A DNA stretch of 64,000 bases from Waddliaceae bacterium (lineage in GTDB: Bacteria > Chlamydiota > Chlamydiia > Chlamydiales > Waddliaceae). A program made the position numbers and the translations under genes. The first letter of the stretch is position 1. The number at the start of each line of letters is the position of its first letter. Below are positions 46,396 to 55,795 of the stretch, piece after piece. The stretch covers positions 608,001 through 672,000 of the forward strand of contig CAVRUH010000001.1 in NCBI GenBank assembly GCA_963724325.1, in the 5' to 3' direction. Below the pieces are notes generated by a model, which was not told where the DNA came from, did no database searches, and saw only the letters and a program-made list of their open reading frames with translations.

Positions 46396-47943
46396 ATGAG
46401 TATTTTAGAACTAACACATGACGTCCGCTCACTTATTTTTACAAAGTTGGATGGCGCTGCACTTGGTAAATATGGATGTGTTTGCAAAACATTTAAAGAG
46501 GATCTTGAAAAATTTCCGCATATATGGAGAAATGCATTTGCTTATGAAAATGACGGCTATTTTCCTCAAGAAGTATCCGCAGAAGATTGGCGCAAGTTTT
46601 ATGGACAGCAAGTAGTCGTCAGGCGAAACTTAATTAATAGCGATTTTGGAAATCCAAAAATTCTCGAGACTAAACGTTCTGATATAATTCATTCTTACTT
46701 TGTTTGTAGTAACAAATTTTATTATTTAACAAGGCGCGTAGGGGAAGTTTTTTCTTGCTATAATTTTACAACCGGAGCTCATTCTAATAGGTTAAAGGTC
46801 TCAAAAGATGGTGAGAAACCACTTGAGATTAGAGTGTTTAAGTCCATAGATAAAACTTATTATTTGGTTGCTTCATATCATCATTTTTCAATAATCAATT
46901 CAAAAACTGATATTACTGAAATCCGATTCACACATCTTAACCGAATAGTTCATGTTGACGGTTCGAGAGTAATATACAACAGGGGAAGAGGTAATCTAGT
47001 AATTCGAGATTACACGTCACGAACACTTATTAAAAAGATGGAGGGAATTTCTCCAGGTCAATCGGGGGAGTTCATCTGCTCGCAGTTGGTTGGAAATATT
47101 TTGTTTGCATTAATGAAGTCAATAAAGAACAAAAGCACAATTATTGCATATGATATCGAAGAAGGAAAACAACTCTATACCATTGAATCAAAGGGGGATA
47201 ATCCCTTTAGTCGATTGCTTGCGACGGATAAATATCTTGTCGCGTTGAATCCTAAAGATGAACTTTATTCGCGGCATGATAATTTCAGAATATCAGCAGG
47301 TGAAGAGTTCCAAGCCTTCATTTATGAGCCTGCAAGCGGCAAATTGCTGCATACAATCGAACTTGTAAGAAACGTTTATAGTCCAGATAAATTATTTGCC
47401 ATCATTTACTCAAATCAGTTGCTAGGTGTACCAAGCGAAGACTCGGAGTGTGTAGCCTTTTGGAATCTTGAAACGGGCGATATCGACAGATCTTTTAGGT
47501 TGGAAGGGAAAGATATTTTTGATTTCAAGGTGGGAGCTGATAGGATTGTAGTTTCGGCAACGCCAGGTAACTCGGTAACTATTTGGAACCTGAGGACAAA
47601 CGTCCAACTCTGTCACAACGTTCATAAAGAGTTTAATGATGCAGCCTATCCGGGCATAAATATAAAAATTCAAAATAATATTCTTTATTATTGGAGAGAT
47701 TGGCTGACTAGTATCCATTTTTGTGATTTGATAACGGGGCATTCTTTAGGTATTTTTTTAGTAGTAACTAAAGTCTGTGAATTTTTGCATTTTGATGGAG
47801 CAAGATTAATAGTATCAAGAATGGGTGGTATTGAGATTTACAACCTGGATCAGATACAAGCACCTTTGCAAGCACCCCCTGCAGAATCTAAGGTGCTCAA
47901 GTTGGTAAAATCAATCTTTAAAAGCGACAAAAAACCTAAGTAG
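46396..47943 (+). CDS. F-box protein with beta-propeller-like C-terminus (candidate effector)
   Basis: LELTHDVRSLIFTKL...CVCKTF..IWR F-box; repeated (W/Y)(N/D)L.TG motifs. Confidence 0.8.
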   Translation: MSILELTHDVRSLIFTKLDGAALGKYGCVCKTFKEDLEKFPHIWRNAFAYENDGYFPQEVSAEDWRKFYGQQVVVRRNLINSDFGNPKILETKRSDIIHSYFVCSNKFYYLTRRVGEVFSCYNFTTGAHSNRLKVSKDGEKPLEIRVFKSIDKTYYLVASYHHFSIINSKTDITEIRFTHLNRIVHVDGSRVIYNRGRGNLVIRDYTSRTLIKKMEGISPGQSGEFICSQLVGNILFALMKSIKNKSTIIAYDIEEGKQLYTIESKGDNPFSRLLATDKYLVALNPKDELYSRHDNFRISAGEEFQAFIYEPASGKLLHTIELVRNVYSPDKLFAIIYSNQLLGVPSEDSECVAFWNLETGDIDRSFRLEGKDIFDFKVGADRIVVSATPGNSVTIWNLRTNVQLCHNVHKEFNDAAYPGINIKIQNNILYYWRDWLTSIHFCDLITGHSLGIFLVVTKVCEFLHFDGARLIVSRMGGIEIYNLDQIQAPLQAPPAESKVLKLVKSIFKSDKKPK

Positions 47944-48120
47944 ATTGTCCGTAAAACATGATGACTATATTCCTTGATTTGTTCACATAAACATTAAAAT
48001 TTTTTAAAAAATTAATTATATTTTTCGTTGAAATATTATTTTTATGCCAGTTTTCAGTTGACGTTAAATATAGATAGTAATAAAGTTTAATGTTTTCATG
48101 GAATTGTATGGAGTATTTTT

Positions 48121-48396
48121 ATGCCCAATAACAACAATCAATCTATTTATTTTTGCCGTATATGTGGTTTAAAGCAGCTTGAGCCACCTTGGGGTTTTGA
48201 TAATGATTCACCAAGCCATGATATCTGTGCATGTTGTAAAACAGAGTTCGGATATGAGGATTCTAGTTTGAAAGCAATCAAGGTAAATAGAGCTCGATGG
48301 TTACAAAGTGGTAGTGATTGGTGGCATCCAGAACAAAAACCTGAAAATTGGTCTCGCGAAGAGCAAATGAAAAATATACCACCTCAATTTTTATAG
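48121..48396 (+). CDS. Small Cys-rich Zn-ribbon protein
   Basis: CRICG and ICACCKTEFGYED; GGAG RBS. Confidence 0.75.
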   Translation: MPNNNNQSIYFCRICGLKQLEPPWGFDNDSPSHDICACCKTEFGYEDSSLKAIKVNRARWLQSGSDWWHPEQKPENWSREEQMKNIPPQFL

Positions 48397-48555
48397 AGAA
48401 CGGAATATTCAGACTCCTTTCCAAAATGTGCGAAAACGAGTGGTTCAATTCTTAATTGTTTTGTCTTGTGCTTACAATCCCTCAAGGCAGAGTTTTTCTT
48501 GTTTTATTACTTTGGATCTATTATCCTTGAAAAAATTCCAAAGGAGCAATCAATC

Positions 48556-49320
48556 ATGTTGAAATATTTATCGACATTCTTATTTTTATTTTTAGCACTT
48601 AACACTATGACCTGTAACGCACAAGGTCCTATAAGAATTAATTACAAAACGATTTCGCCTACTGAAATAAAACAACCGAAATATGCAACTTTTGAAGAAT
48701 TTTTCGGAACAGATCATTATTTGACATTTGTCACTGTTCAGGGTTTGCCTGAGAAAGGGGCTGCTTTGCATGTCCATATTAATCGCCCTCTGTTCAAAGG
48801 AACAAAAATGGAAGTAATTGACCAAGATTTGCCACATGAAGAATTGATGAAAACGAAAAATCCTTTATTTGGCGGATTGCCGGCGCATATTGTTCAAGGT
48901 CTTGGATTTCCTCCAGGAGAGAAGATAGAAATGTATATTGAATCAGGAGGAATTAGATCTAATACCATCACATTTTACCCTTATCCTATAGCCACCAAAA
49001 GTAGAATTGACAATGCGAAGTTATCAGTTTCATTTGAGTCTTTTGCTGTAACGCTTTACAAATTAGATTTTGAAAACTTTTTGTCAGAAGAAGAAGTCGA
49101 GTTTGTTTCTGAATCATCAGGAGAGGTTATATCCTATAAATTTGTCGTTAATCCGAAAAATTGCACTTCCCTATTGTCTCCTGCTGTTGTGAACAAGACC
49201 GGTGGGTTGAACAATGTCTCGATTAAAAGAAAGAATGGCGAGACTCTAAAAGTTGTCATCCCTTGGGGCACAGAAAGTGCCAAATGGACGCTTAAAGGCA
49301 TGGAGCGTTTCACAAAATAA
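48556..49320 (+). CDS. Secreted hypothetical protein
   Basis: AAGGAG RBS, signal peptide. Confidence 0.75.
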   Translation: MLKYLSTFLFLFLALNTMTCNAQGPIRINYKTISPTEIKQPKYATFEEFFGTDHYLTFVTVQGLPEKGAALHVHINRPLFKGTKMEVIDQDLPHEELMKTKNPLFGGLPAHIVQGLGFPPGEKIEMYIESGGIRSNTITFYPYPIATKSRIDNAKLSVSFESFAVTLYKLDFENFLSEEEVEFVSESSGEVISYKFVVNPKNCTSLLSPAVVNKTGGLNNVSIKRKNGETLKVVIPWGTESAKWTLKGMERFTK

Positions 49321-49394
49321 AACGACACAAAATGCAAAAGATATTTTCATTCGATCGTCATTTTACAGATGCTGGATTCACGTTGTTAACATAA
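49320..49394 (+). pseudogene. C-terminal remnant of a PIN-domain (VapC) gene
   Basis: KRHKMQKIFSFDRHFTDAGFTLLT* matches the F(S/T)FDxHF..AGF VapC tail. Confidence 0.55.
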
Positions 49395-49505
49395 GATTGA
49401 CAGATATCAAAAAATGGATAAAAAAATAGAAGATATTGAGTTGTTTTATGAAAAAATGCGCCGGTTCAATGAATCATATGAAAAGTTAAGGACCGATCCT
49501 AACCT

Positions 49506-49735
49506 TTGGAAGGCAAGGCTGTGGCCTGCTCTCTCCGAGAGCAGGTTTGGTATACAACGACATTAAGGAAGTTATCCAGAGAAGCTCATTATCATTTGAA
49601 AATCGTCCTATACCAATTGTTTGCCTTCCTATCGTCCTATACCAAACCTGCTCTCGGAGAGAGCAGGCCACAGCTTGTTTGCCTTCCTATCGTCCTATAC
49701 CAAACCTGCTCTCGGAGAGAGCAGGCCACAGCCTT
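49506..49735. repeat. REP/BIME-like cluster: one inverted plus two tandem 58-bp copies
   Basis: Hairpin CCTGCTCTC-GGA-GAGAGCAGG; direct copies 49617-49674 and 49675-49732; inverted copy 49515-49554. Confidence 0.9.
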
Positions 49736-50348
49736 AAATGGGAGCAATGCATTGTTGGATCCATTTTTGGCATAGATTTCCTTCAAATTCTGAGACTTGT
49801 TTAGCGTAAGAGAAGCCTGATGGAAGGTGATGGAGCCCCTCTATCATTTCATTGAGATGTTCTTTTTCTTCTAGAAGGATCGATTTGACCGTTACTCGTG
49901 AATGCACTTTCCGAAGGACCTCGTCATAGATAAGATATAATTCCTCGGCGCGAAGTTCAATGGCATAGGTAACAAGCAAATAGGCTGCAGGTTTAATTTG
50001 ATTGCAGGGAAGACCTGACTCCTTGAGAAGACGACAGGTTTTTAGATCCAACATATTTAAATAACGCATGGTGGAGGCACCACCCAAAATAAATTCAGGT
50101 AAATAAGTCTCCAGAGGTGTTTTGGAAACCTTTTCAATTTGACGCTTCAAATGATGGGCATGGCGAAACTCTTCAGCAGCATGCTTGAGCATCTCTTCTT
50201 TAACAAGCGTGGGATGCTCGCATGCGGCAATTTTTCTTGCCCCGCAGTTTTCTAGATATGAAAGTGTGTTTAACCATTTAGCATGTAATTCGTCTGAATT
50301 AACGATTCTGGTAAGTAGCTCTCTTGTGGAAGTTGAAAATGATATCAT
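49734..50348 (-). CDS. Ferritin-like diiron protein (BioE-like, putative pimelate-moiety supply)
   Basis: Two E...ExxH sets (LENCG/EEFRH; IELRA/EEKEH); last gene of bio operon, ATGA overlap with bioA. Confidence 0.75.
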   Translation of the reverse strand: MISFSTSTRELLTRIVNSDELHAKWLNTLSYLENCGARKIAACEHPTLVKEEMLKHAAEEFRHAHHLKRQIEKVSKTPLETYLPEFILGGASTMRYLNMLDLKTCRLLKESGLPCNQIKPAAYLLVTYAIELRAEELYLIYDEVLRKVHSRVTVKSILLEEKEHLNEMIEGLHHLPSGFSYAKQVSEFEGNLCQKWIQQCIAPI

Positions 50349-51613
50349 AATGTTTGGATAATTTGGTTATAGATTAATTGGAGTTCTTGTTTTTGGATGC
50401 AATATGGAGGCATTACATAAAAAACATTGCCGAGTGGACGGAGCAAGGTGCCTTTATCTAAAAAGAAATGATAAAGTTTATCTCGAATAGGTTGAAAATA
50501 AGAGGTATTTTCCACTTGATACTCTATTACAAGGATGGTCCCAAGGGATTCACACCTTTTGAGTTTGGGATGCTTCCTAAAATTTAAGCAAAATTCTTTA
50601 TGGCATTCGGCAATCATTTTTCTTTGAATAAAACAATTTTCATCAAGCAATAGGTCAAGGCTGGCAAGAGCGCTGGCACAAGCTAGCGGATTAGCCGTAT
50701 ATGAGTGCCCGTGCAGGAATGCTTGGTTAAGATGGTCTCCTAAAAATGCATTGAAAATACGCTCGGTGCATACTGTCGCACTTAAAGGGAGAAATCCCCC
50801 AGTTATCCCTTTTGAAAGACAAATGAGATCAGGCTGCTCTCTCAGTTGTTCGCAGGCAAATAAAGTTCCAGTTCTCCCGAATCCTGTCATTACTTCATCA
50901 GCGATGGTTAAAACATCATTTTGTTTGCAGGTCCTAATTAGATCATCGATTCCGTTTGCTGAGGTAATGATCATGCCGCCAGCGCCTAAAATAAGGGGTT
51001 CGAATATAAAGCAAGCGACATTTCCGGAATTTACAATTTCTTGTAACTGAGTTAATGATTGTTGTTCTTTTCCTTGAGTTGGTGGATCTATAGATTCTAC
51101 TTCAAAAAGATGGTTCCAAAATGGTCTGTTGAATTCATTTTTCCCTGCAACAGACATGGCTCCGAAGGTGTCACCGTGGTAGCCACCTTTAAAGCAGATG
51201 ACTTTTCGTTTTGTAATTTTTAGATTGTGCCAATACTGAATGGCTATTTTGATCGCCGCTTCGACAGCGGTTGAGCCATTGTCGGAATAAAATATTTTGC
51301 TCATATTGCCTGGAAGAAGGGGAATGAGGCGTGATGCAAGCTCAACCGCCGGGGCGTGGGTGAAATCGGCAAAAATGACATGCTCGAGCTGTTCTGCTTG
51401 TGACTTTATTTTTTCAATGATGTAGGGGTGTGAATGTCCGTGGAGATTGGTCCACCATGAGGATATACCATCCAAATACCGTTTCCCATCTTCAGCATAA
51501 AGGTAGATTCCTTCGCCTTTCACGATAGGTATTGGTGAACGGGCGGTTTTCATCTGCGTGAAGGGGTGCCAAATGTGGGCGCGATCTTTTTCGATTAAAT
51601 TTTGATTTTCCAT
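50345..51613 (-). CDS. bioA: Adenosylmethionine--8-amino-7-oxononanoate aminotransferase
   Basis: WHPFTQ, SSWW, YHGDT, DEVMTGFGRTG, SKGITGG, HGHSY. Confidence 0.96.
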   Translation of the reverse strand: MENQNLIEKDRAHIWHPFTQMKTARSPIPIVKGEGIYLYAEDGKRYLDGISSWWTNLHGHSHPYIIEKIKSQAEQLEHVIFADFTHAPAVELASRLIPLLPGNMSKIFYSDNGSTAVEAAIKIAIQYWHNLKITKRKVICFKGGYHGDTFGAMSVAGKNEFNRPFWNHLFEVESIDPPTQGKEQQSLTQLQEIVNSGNVACFIFEPLILGAGGMIITSANGIDDLIRTCKQNDVLTIADEVMTGFGRTGTLFACEQLREQPDLICLSKGITGGFLPLSATVCTERIFNAFLGDHLNQAFLHGHSYTANPLACASALASLDLLLDENCFIQRKMIAECHKEFCLNFRKHPKLKRCESLGTILVIEYQVENTSYFQPIRDKLYHFFLDKGTLLRPLGNVFYVMPPYCIQKQELQLIYNQIIQTL

Positions 51614-52197
51614 TGTTTTGCGTACCTTTGAATGGTTTTTGCGTTAATTTTTGGTTCGGGAAGCAATCTTCCTAATAGGGGAATGTTCGATAATTTAAGG
51701 ATGGCAGATTCGCTATCTGGATTCGGTTCCCCATTGAATATTATTCCAGCAATTTGGATGTTGTGCTGTTTTAGAGCATTAATGGTAAGTAACGTGTGAT
51801 TAATGCTTCCAAGATAGTGCTTGGAAACGATTATCCATGTGCATTTCCATTGTTTAAAAAGGTCGAATGTTGTTTTCTCCAAAGTCACGGGTACAAAAAT
51901 TCCTCCTGCTCCTTCAATAATCAGCGTTTTGTTTGTTTTGGGTGGAATGATTTGATCTATATTGATTGAGATATTGTCTAATCTTGCTGCATGGTGAGGA
52001 GACAAAGGCGCTTTTAAGGTATATGCAGAGGAATGAATTTTATTACTATCGAGCAGTGATTTCATTACATCTGAATCGGAAATTTCACCACATTGAATTG
52101 GTTTCCAATAATCAGCATTGAATAATGTAGCAAGGATGGCTGAAACCACTGTCTTACCAACATCTGTGCTGATTCCTGCTACAATGATTTTATGCAT
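51595..52197 (-). CDS. bioD: Dethiobiotin synthase
   Basis: TDVGKT, WKPIQ, SPH.AA, EGAGG, LGSINH. Confidence 0.96.
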   Translation of the reverse strand: MHKIIVAGISTDVGKTVVSAILATLFNADYWKPIQCGEISDSDVMKSLLDSNKIHSSAYTLKAPLSPHHAARLDNISINIDQIIPPKTNKTLIIEGAGGIFVPVTLEKTTFDLFKQWKCTWIIVSKHYLGSINHTLLTINALKQHNIQIAGIIFNGEPNPDSESAILKLSNIPLLGRLLPEPKINAKTIQRYAKQWKIKI

Positions 52198-53222
52198 TCT
52201 AAAAGCCCCCTTAATTGTGTTTCTGTATTAATTGAATGGAGGCAAATGCGCATGACTTCATGACCTCGTTGAACTGTGGGACTTTTCAATGGCCTTACAT
52301 CATATCCGAAACTTGCCAATCTTTCCGTCTCATTTCCTTTGATGGGGATTGAGTGAATATGGGTTTCTGAACCAAGAATGCTTATCAATTTTTGGATGTG
52401 TCTCCGTTCAGCATCAAGTTTTGGAAATAGATCATAGCTTGATTCTATTGAAGCCAGCGTGTGAAATGGAAGTGCTGTAGAATAGATATAGGGTGTTGCA
52501 AAATTAATAAGCCCATGCATGAGTATTTTACTTCCCAAAACAATGGCCCCATATGTTCCTAGAGCCTTTCCAAACGTGGTTATTTGAGCAAATACTTCAT
52601 CTATCAAATTGTATTCTGCGACAAGTCCTTGTCCTTTCGGACCATATACTCCTGTGGCGTGTGCTTCATCAACGATTAAATATGCTTTATATTTTTTTGC
52701 TAATTGACATATTTCGATTAAAGGTGCTTTTGAGCCATCTGTGGAATAGATGGACTCGATGCAAATAAAACGATTTTCTTCTACTGAACAACTTTTGAGT
52801 CTTTTTTCTAAGTGGTCCAGATCATTATGTTTAAATGGAAAAGCTTTTGATCGGCTCAACCTCAGTCCGTCATGTGTTGAAGCATGCACTTTTGTATCAT
52901 GAAAAAATACGCTTTTGGCACCTCCTAATGCAGATATCAATCCGATATTTGCCATATATCCGCAACCAAAAATAAGTCCCGCTTCGTATCCATGAAATTT
53001 TGCGATTTTTTTTTCAAGAGCTTCAACATATCTTGAATTCCCCGTGAGTAGTCTCGATCCTGTTGATCCAATTCTTTTGCATTCATGAATGAACTTTTGC
53101 GATTGGGCCAATCCAAGGTAGTCATTTGATGAAAAATCAATCAAATTATCAATCACTTTTAATGTCCGTAAATTACCTGTTTTTTCTCGCTTACGTAATT
53201 TGTTTTCAATTTCAGCAGTCAT
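52179..53222 (-). CDS. bioF: 8-amino-7-oxononanoate synthase
   Basis: [31 protein letters not shown]. Confidence 0.95.
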   Translation of the reverse strand: MTAEIENKLRKREKTGNLRTLKVIDNLIDFSSNDYLGLAQSQKFIHECKRIGSTGSRLLTGNSRYVEALEKKIAKFHGYEAGLIFGCGYMANIGLISALGGAKSVFFHDTKVHASTHDGLRLSRSKAFPFKHNDLDHLEKRLKSCSVEENRFICIESIYSTDGSKAPLIEICQLAKKYKAYLIVDEAHATGVYGPKGQGLVAEYNLIDEVFAQITTFGKALGTYGAIVLGSKILMHGLINFATPYIYSTALPFHTLASIESSYDLFPKLDAERRHIQKLISILGSETHIHSIPIKGNETERLASFGYDVRPLKSPTVQRGHEVMRICLHSINTETQLRGLLECIKSL

Positions 53223-54195
53223 TTTTTGGCCTTCTTTTCAGTCCCAAGACTTGAAACATTTCATCGTCCTTGTCTACCGAGGTGTTTGCAACAGTTAATA
53301 GCTTTTCACCTGCGTGAATTGAATTTGCACCAGCAAGAAAACAGAGAGCCTGTTGTTCAAATGACATCTCTAGCCTTCCACTTGATAATCGTACCATCGC
53401 TTTGGGCAATACAATTCTGGCTATTGCAATGACTCGCAGCATTTCCCAAAATGAGATTTTCGGTTGATTTTCGAGGGGAGTTCCTGGGATCCGGCTTAAT
53501 CGATTAATGGGGACAGATTCTGGATGAGGATTCCGTTGACACAAAGTGTGGAGAAGCTCCAAACGGTCTGAATAGCTTTCTCCCATGCCAATAATGCCTC
53601 CACAGCATACGCTGATGCCTGTTTTATCAACTATATCCAATGTATTTAGTCTGTCTTGATATGTTCTGGTTGTAATGATGGTTTTGTAGAATGATTCTGA
53701 AGAATCGAGGTTATGACTATATGCATAAAGTCCTGCTTCTTTGAGTCTTTTTGCTTGGTGATCATTTAACATGCCCAATGTGCAGCAAACCTCTACGCCC
53801 AGGGCGGTTATTCCCTTTACGATGCGAAGAACATTATCGAATTGTTTATTATCTCGAACTTCTCTCCAAGCTGCCCCCAGGCAGATCCGGGTGGCCCCAC
53901 GTGCAATGGCTTTTTTAGCTTCGTTTAATACTGTTTCGTATTCCATCATGGGTTGGGCTGATACAGGAGTTTGGTACCGGGAAGATTGGGCGCAGTACTT
54001 GCAGTCTTCCGGGCATCCGCCGGTTTTTATAGAGATAAGGCTGCATATTTGAACTTCACCTGGATTGTGATGTTTTGTGTGGATGGATTGAGATTTTCCC
54101 ATCAATTCAAAAAGTGGTAATTGATAGAGGTCTTCAAGTTCCTCGATTGTCCAATCGTATCTGATTAATTTTTCCATATTTTTGCCATTTTTCAT
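53212..54195 (-). CDS. bioB: Biotin synthase
   Basis: CPEDCKYC radical SAM motif, YSHNLD, ESVPIN. Confidence 0.97.
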   Translation of the reverse strand: MKNGKNMEKLIRYDWTIEELEDLYQLPLFELMGKSQSIHTKHHNPGEVQICSLISIKTGGCPEDCKYCAQSSRYQTPVSAQPMMEYETVLNEAKKAIARGATRICLGAAWREVRDNKQFDNVLRIVKGITALGVEVCCTLGMLNDHQAKRLKEAGLYAYSHNLDSSESFYKTIITTRTYQDRLNTLDIVDKTGISVCCGGIIGMGESYSDRLELLHTLCQRNPHPESVPINRLSRIPGTPLENQPKISFWEMLRVIAIARIVLPKAMVRLSSGRLEMSFEQQALCFLAGANSIHAGEKLLTVANTSVDKDDEMFQVLGLKRRPKNDC

Positions 54196-54264
54196 TAAAA
54201 AACAGTGATTCTATTGGTATTTTTTATGATTTTCAACATAAAATCGGGCTTCAAAATTTTGATT

Positions 54265-54281
54265 AAACTAGAAAGTAGTTT
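54265..54281. promoter_or_regulatory. Operator-like palindrome AAACTA-GAAAG-TAGTTT
   Basis: Perfect 6-bp arms; repeated 67 bp away. Confidence 0.7.
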
Positions 54282-54331
54282 TCATAAATTCGAATATGGG
54301 GTATAAGTATTTCGCAATCACTGAACCGATG

Positions 54332-54348
54332 AAACTAGAATATAGTTT
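54332..54348. promoter_or_regulatory. Operator-like palindrome AAACTA-GAATA-TAGTTT
   Basis: 15/17 identical to the 54265-54281 copy. Confidence 0.7.
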
Positions 54349-54378
54349 GGAAAACTCAAAATGAGGTTTGATTTTTTT

Positions 54379-55158
54379 ATGCTTGAAGTACTATGCGGCA
54401 ACAAAAACGTGCAACGAATCCTGATTTTTCTATTCGTCAACGGAAAATGCTATGGAACTCAGCTCCACCAGGCACTTAAAGCTCCTCTCACACCTATTCA
54501 AAAAGCTTTGAATCGACTTGAAAATGGAGGTCTGATCACAAGTCTTTACATTGGAAAAACGCGCGTGTATCAGTTTAATTCAGGATACCCGCTAATGACC
54601 GAACTCGAACAATTGCTTAAAAAAGCTTACACCCTTCTACCAGCAAACGAAAAGAAGAACTATTACATCATGAAAGAAACAGGTCATCAAGAAAACCAAA
54701 GTAAAGTTCTGCTGAATTTTTGGGAAAAGCTTTTGGCCGTGACTGAGCTATCATTTGAAGCAGCGACAAGATCTAATGAGCAAAGCGGCTGGAACGGCAA
54801 GGGAAAAGGAGAAGTTACTGTGATCCGGGAAGGGCACAATGTACTGATATTCAATGAAAAGGGACAGTGGAAGGGAACTCAAAGTGGAGAGGTCAATTTT
54901 AGTAATGTTTTTCGTTGGACACTGGATCGTTATGCTGGTGTTATTTCATTAGAGCATATGCGACGGGGTCCCGAGCACCCTGTTTTTTTATTTCATCTCG
55001 CACCATCGGGCAAACAATCTCTAGCCTCTGTCGATTCACATCTTTGTGGCGGTGATACTTACTTTGGACAAATACGATTTGACGCGCACGGCCTTAAGCT
55101 CAACTGGCGTGTCATAGGTCCCAAGAAAAATGAAGAGATAGATTACCATTATTATTAA
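54379..55158 (+). CDS. Winged-helix regulator fused to a DUF6314-like beta domain
   Basis: N-term PIQKALNRLENGGLITS..GKTRVYQFN wHTH; C-term GWNGKGKG, NVFRW, HLCGGDTY, WRVIGPKKNE. Confidence 0.8.
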   Translation: MLEVLCGNKNVQRILIFLFVNGKCYGTQLHQALKAPLTPIQKALNRLENGGLITSLYIGKTRVYQFNSGYPLMTELEQLLKKAYTLLPANEKKNYYIMKETGHQENQSKVLLNFWEKLLAVTELSFEAATRSNEQSGWNGKGKGEVTVIREGHNVLIFNEKGQWKGTQSGEVNFSNVFRWTLDRYAGVISLEHMRRGPEHPVFLFHLAPSGKQSLASVDSHLCGGDTYFGQIRFDAHGLKLNWRVIGPKKNEEIDYHYY

Positions 55159-55225
55159 ACATTTACATATGTATTTTTTTTCGGTATACCTAGGGTTCAT
55201 AAAACAAAACATAGGGGGATATTTT

Positions 55226-55795
55226 ATGAACAAGTTATTGTGGATTGCTTTACTTTCTATGGCGCCTTTATTTGCGCATGCATCACAAACACATGAAAAG
55301 TGTCATTGCGATGCTGAATATGGGTATTTTTATAATGATGCGCTACAGCTTGTGTATTTTTTGGAGCCCATACTATGGGCTGGAGATAACTCTGTTCACT
55401 CTGAAGGAATCTACATACAAAATAGTGATAGATCTACGATCTTAATAGAGCAGCCAGGTGTATATGAAGTGATTTATTCAGTCAACGCTGTCGGTTTTTT
55501 ACAACCTGTTACCATGGCACTTTTTCTAAACGATGATTACTTTCCAATTGATGGAAGCGTATTCACAACTACTGCGTTAAGTGCTCTCAATGAGGGTTTA
55601 GAAATCGGGGATATATATATTGGCGGCCAAATATTTGGTCACGTACTTTTTAGGATTGCAGAACCCTCCTCAACAATTTCACTCGTAAATTTGTCATTGA
55701 ATGAAGAAAATGCCATCTTGTTGGACAATCAAACATTTCTTGATATTATTGACAGTGTGAGCGCTACGCTCTACATTCAAAAAGTTGGAAAATGA
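55226..55795 (+). CDS. Secreted protein with BclA-C/C1q-like beta-sandwich
   Basis: Signal peptide; YGYFY, PGVYEVIYSV, ALFLND, TISLVN. Confidence 0.65.
   Translation: MNKLLWIALLSMAPLFAHASQTHEKCHCDAEYGYFYNDALQLVYFLEPILWAGDNSVHSEGIYIQNSDRSTILIEQPGVYEVIYSVNAVGFLQPVTMALFLNDDYFPIDGSVFTTTALSALNEGLEIGDIYIGGQIFGHVLFRIAEPSSTISLVNLSLNEENAILLDNQTFLDIIDSVSATLYIQKVGK

Noticed and set aside
49486..49804. Three short ORFs, or a CRISPR-like array, over the 58-bp repeats
   Set aside because: The ORFs are translations of the repeat; units are directly adjacent with no unique spacers
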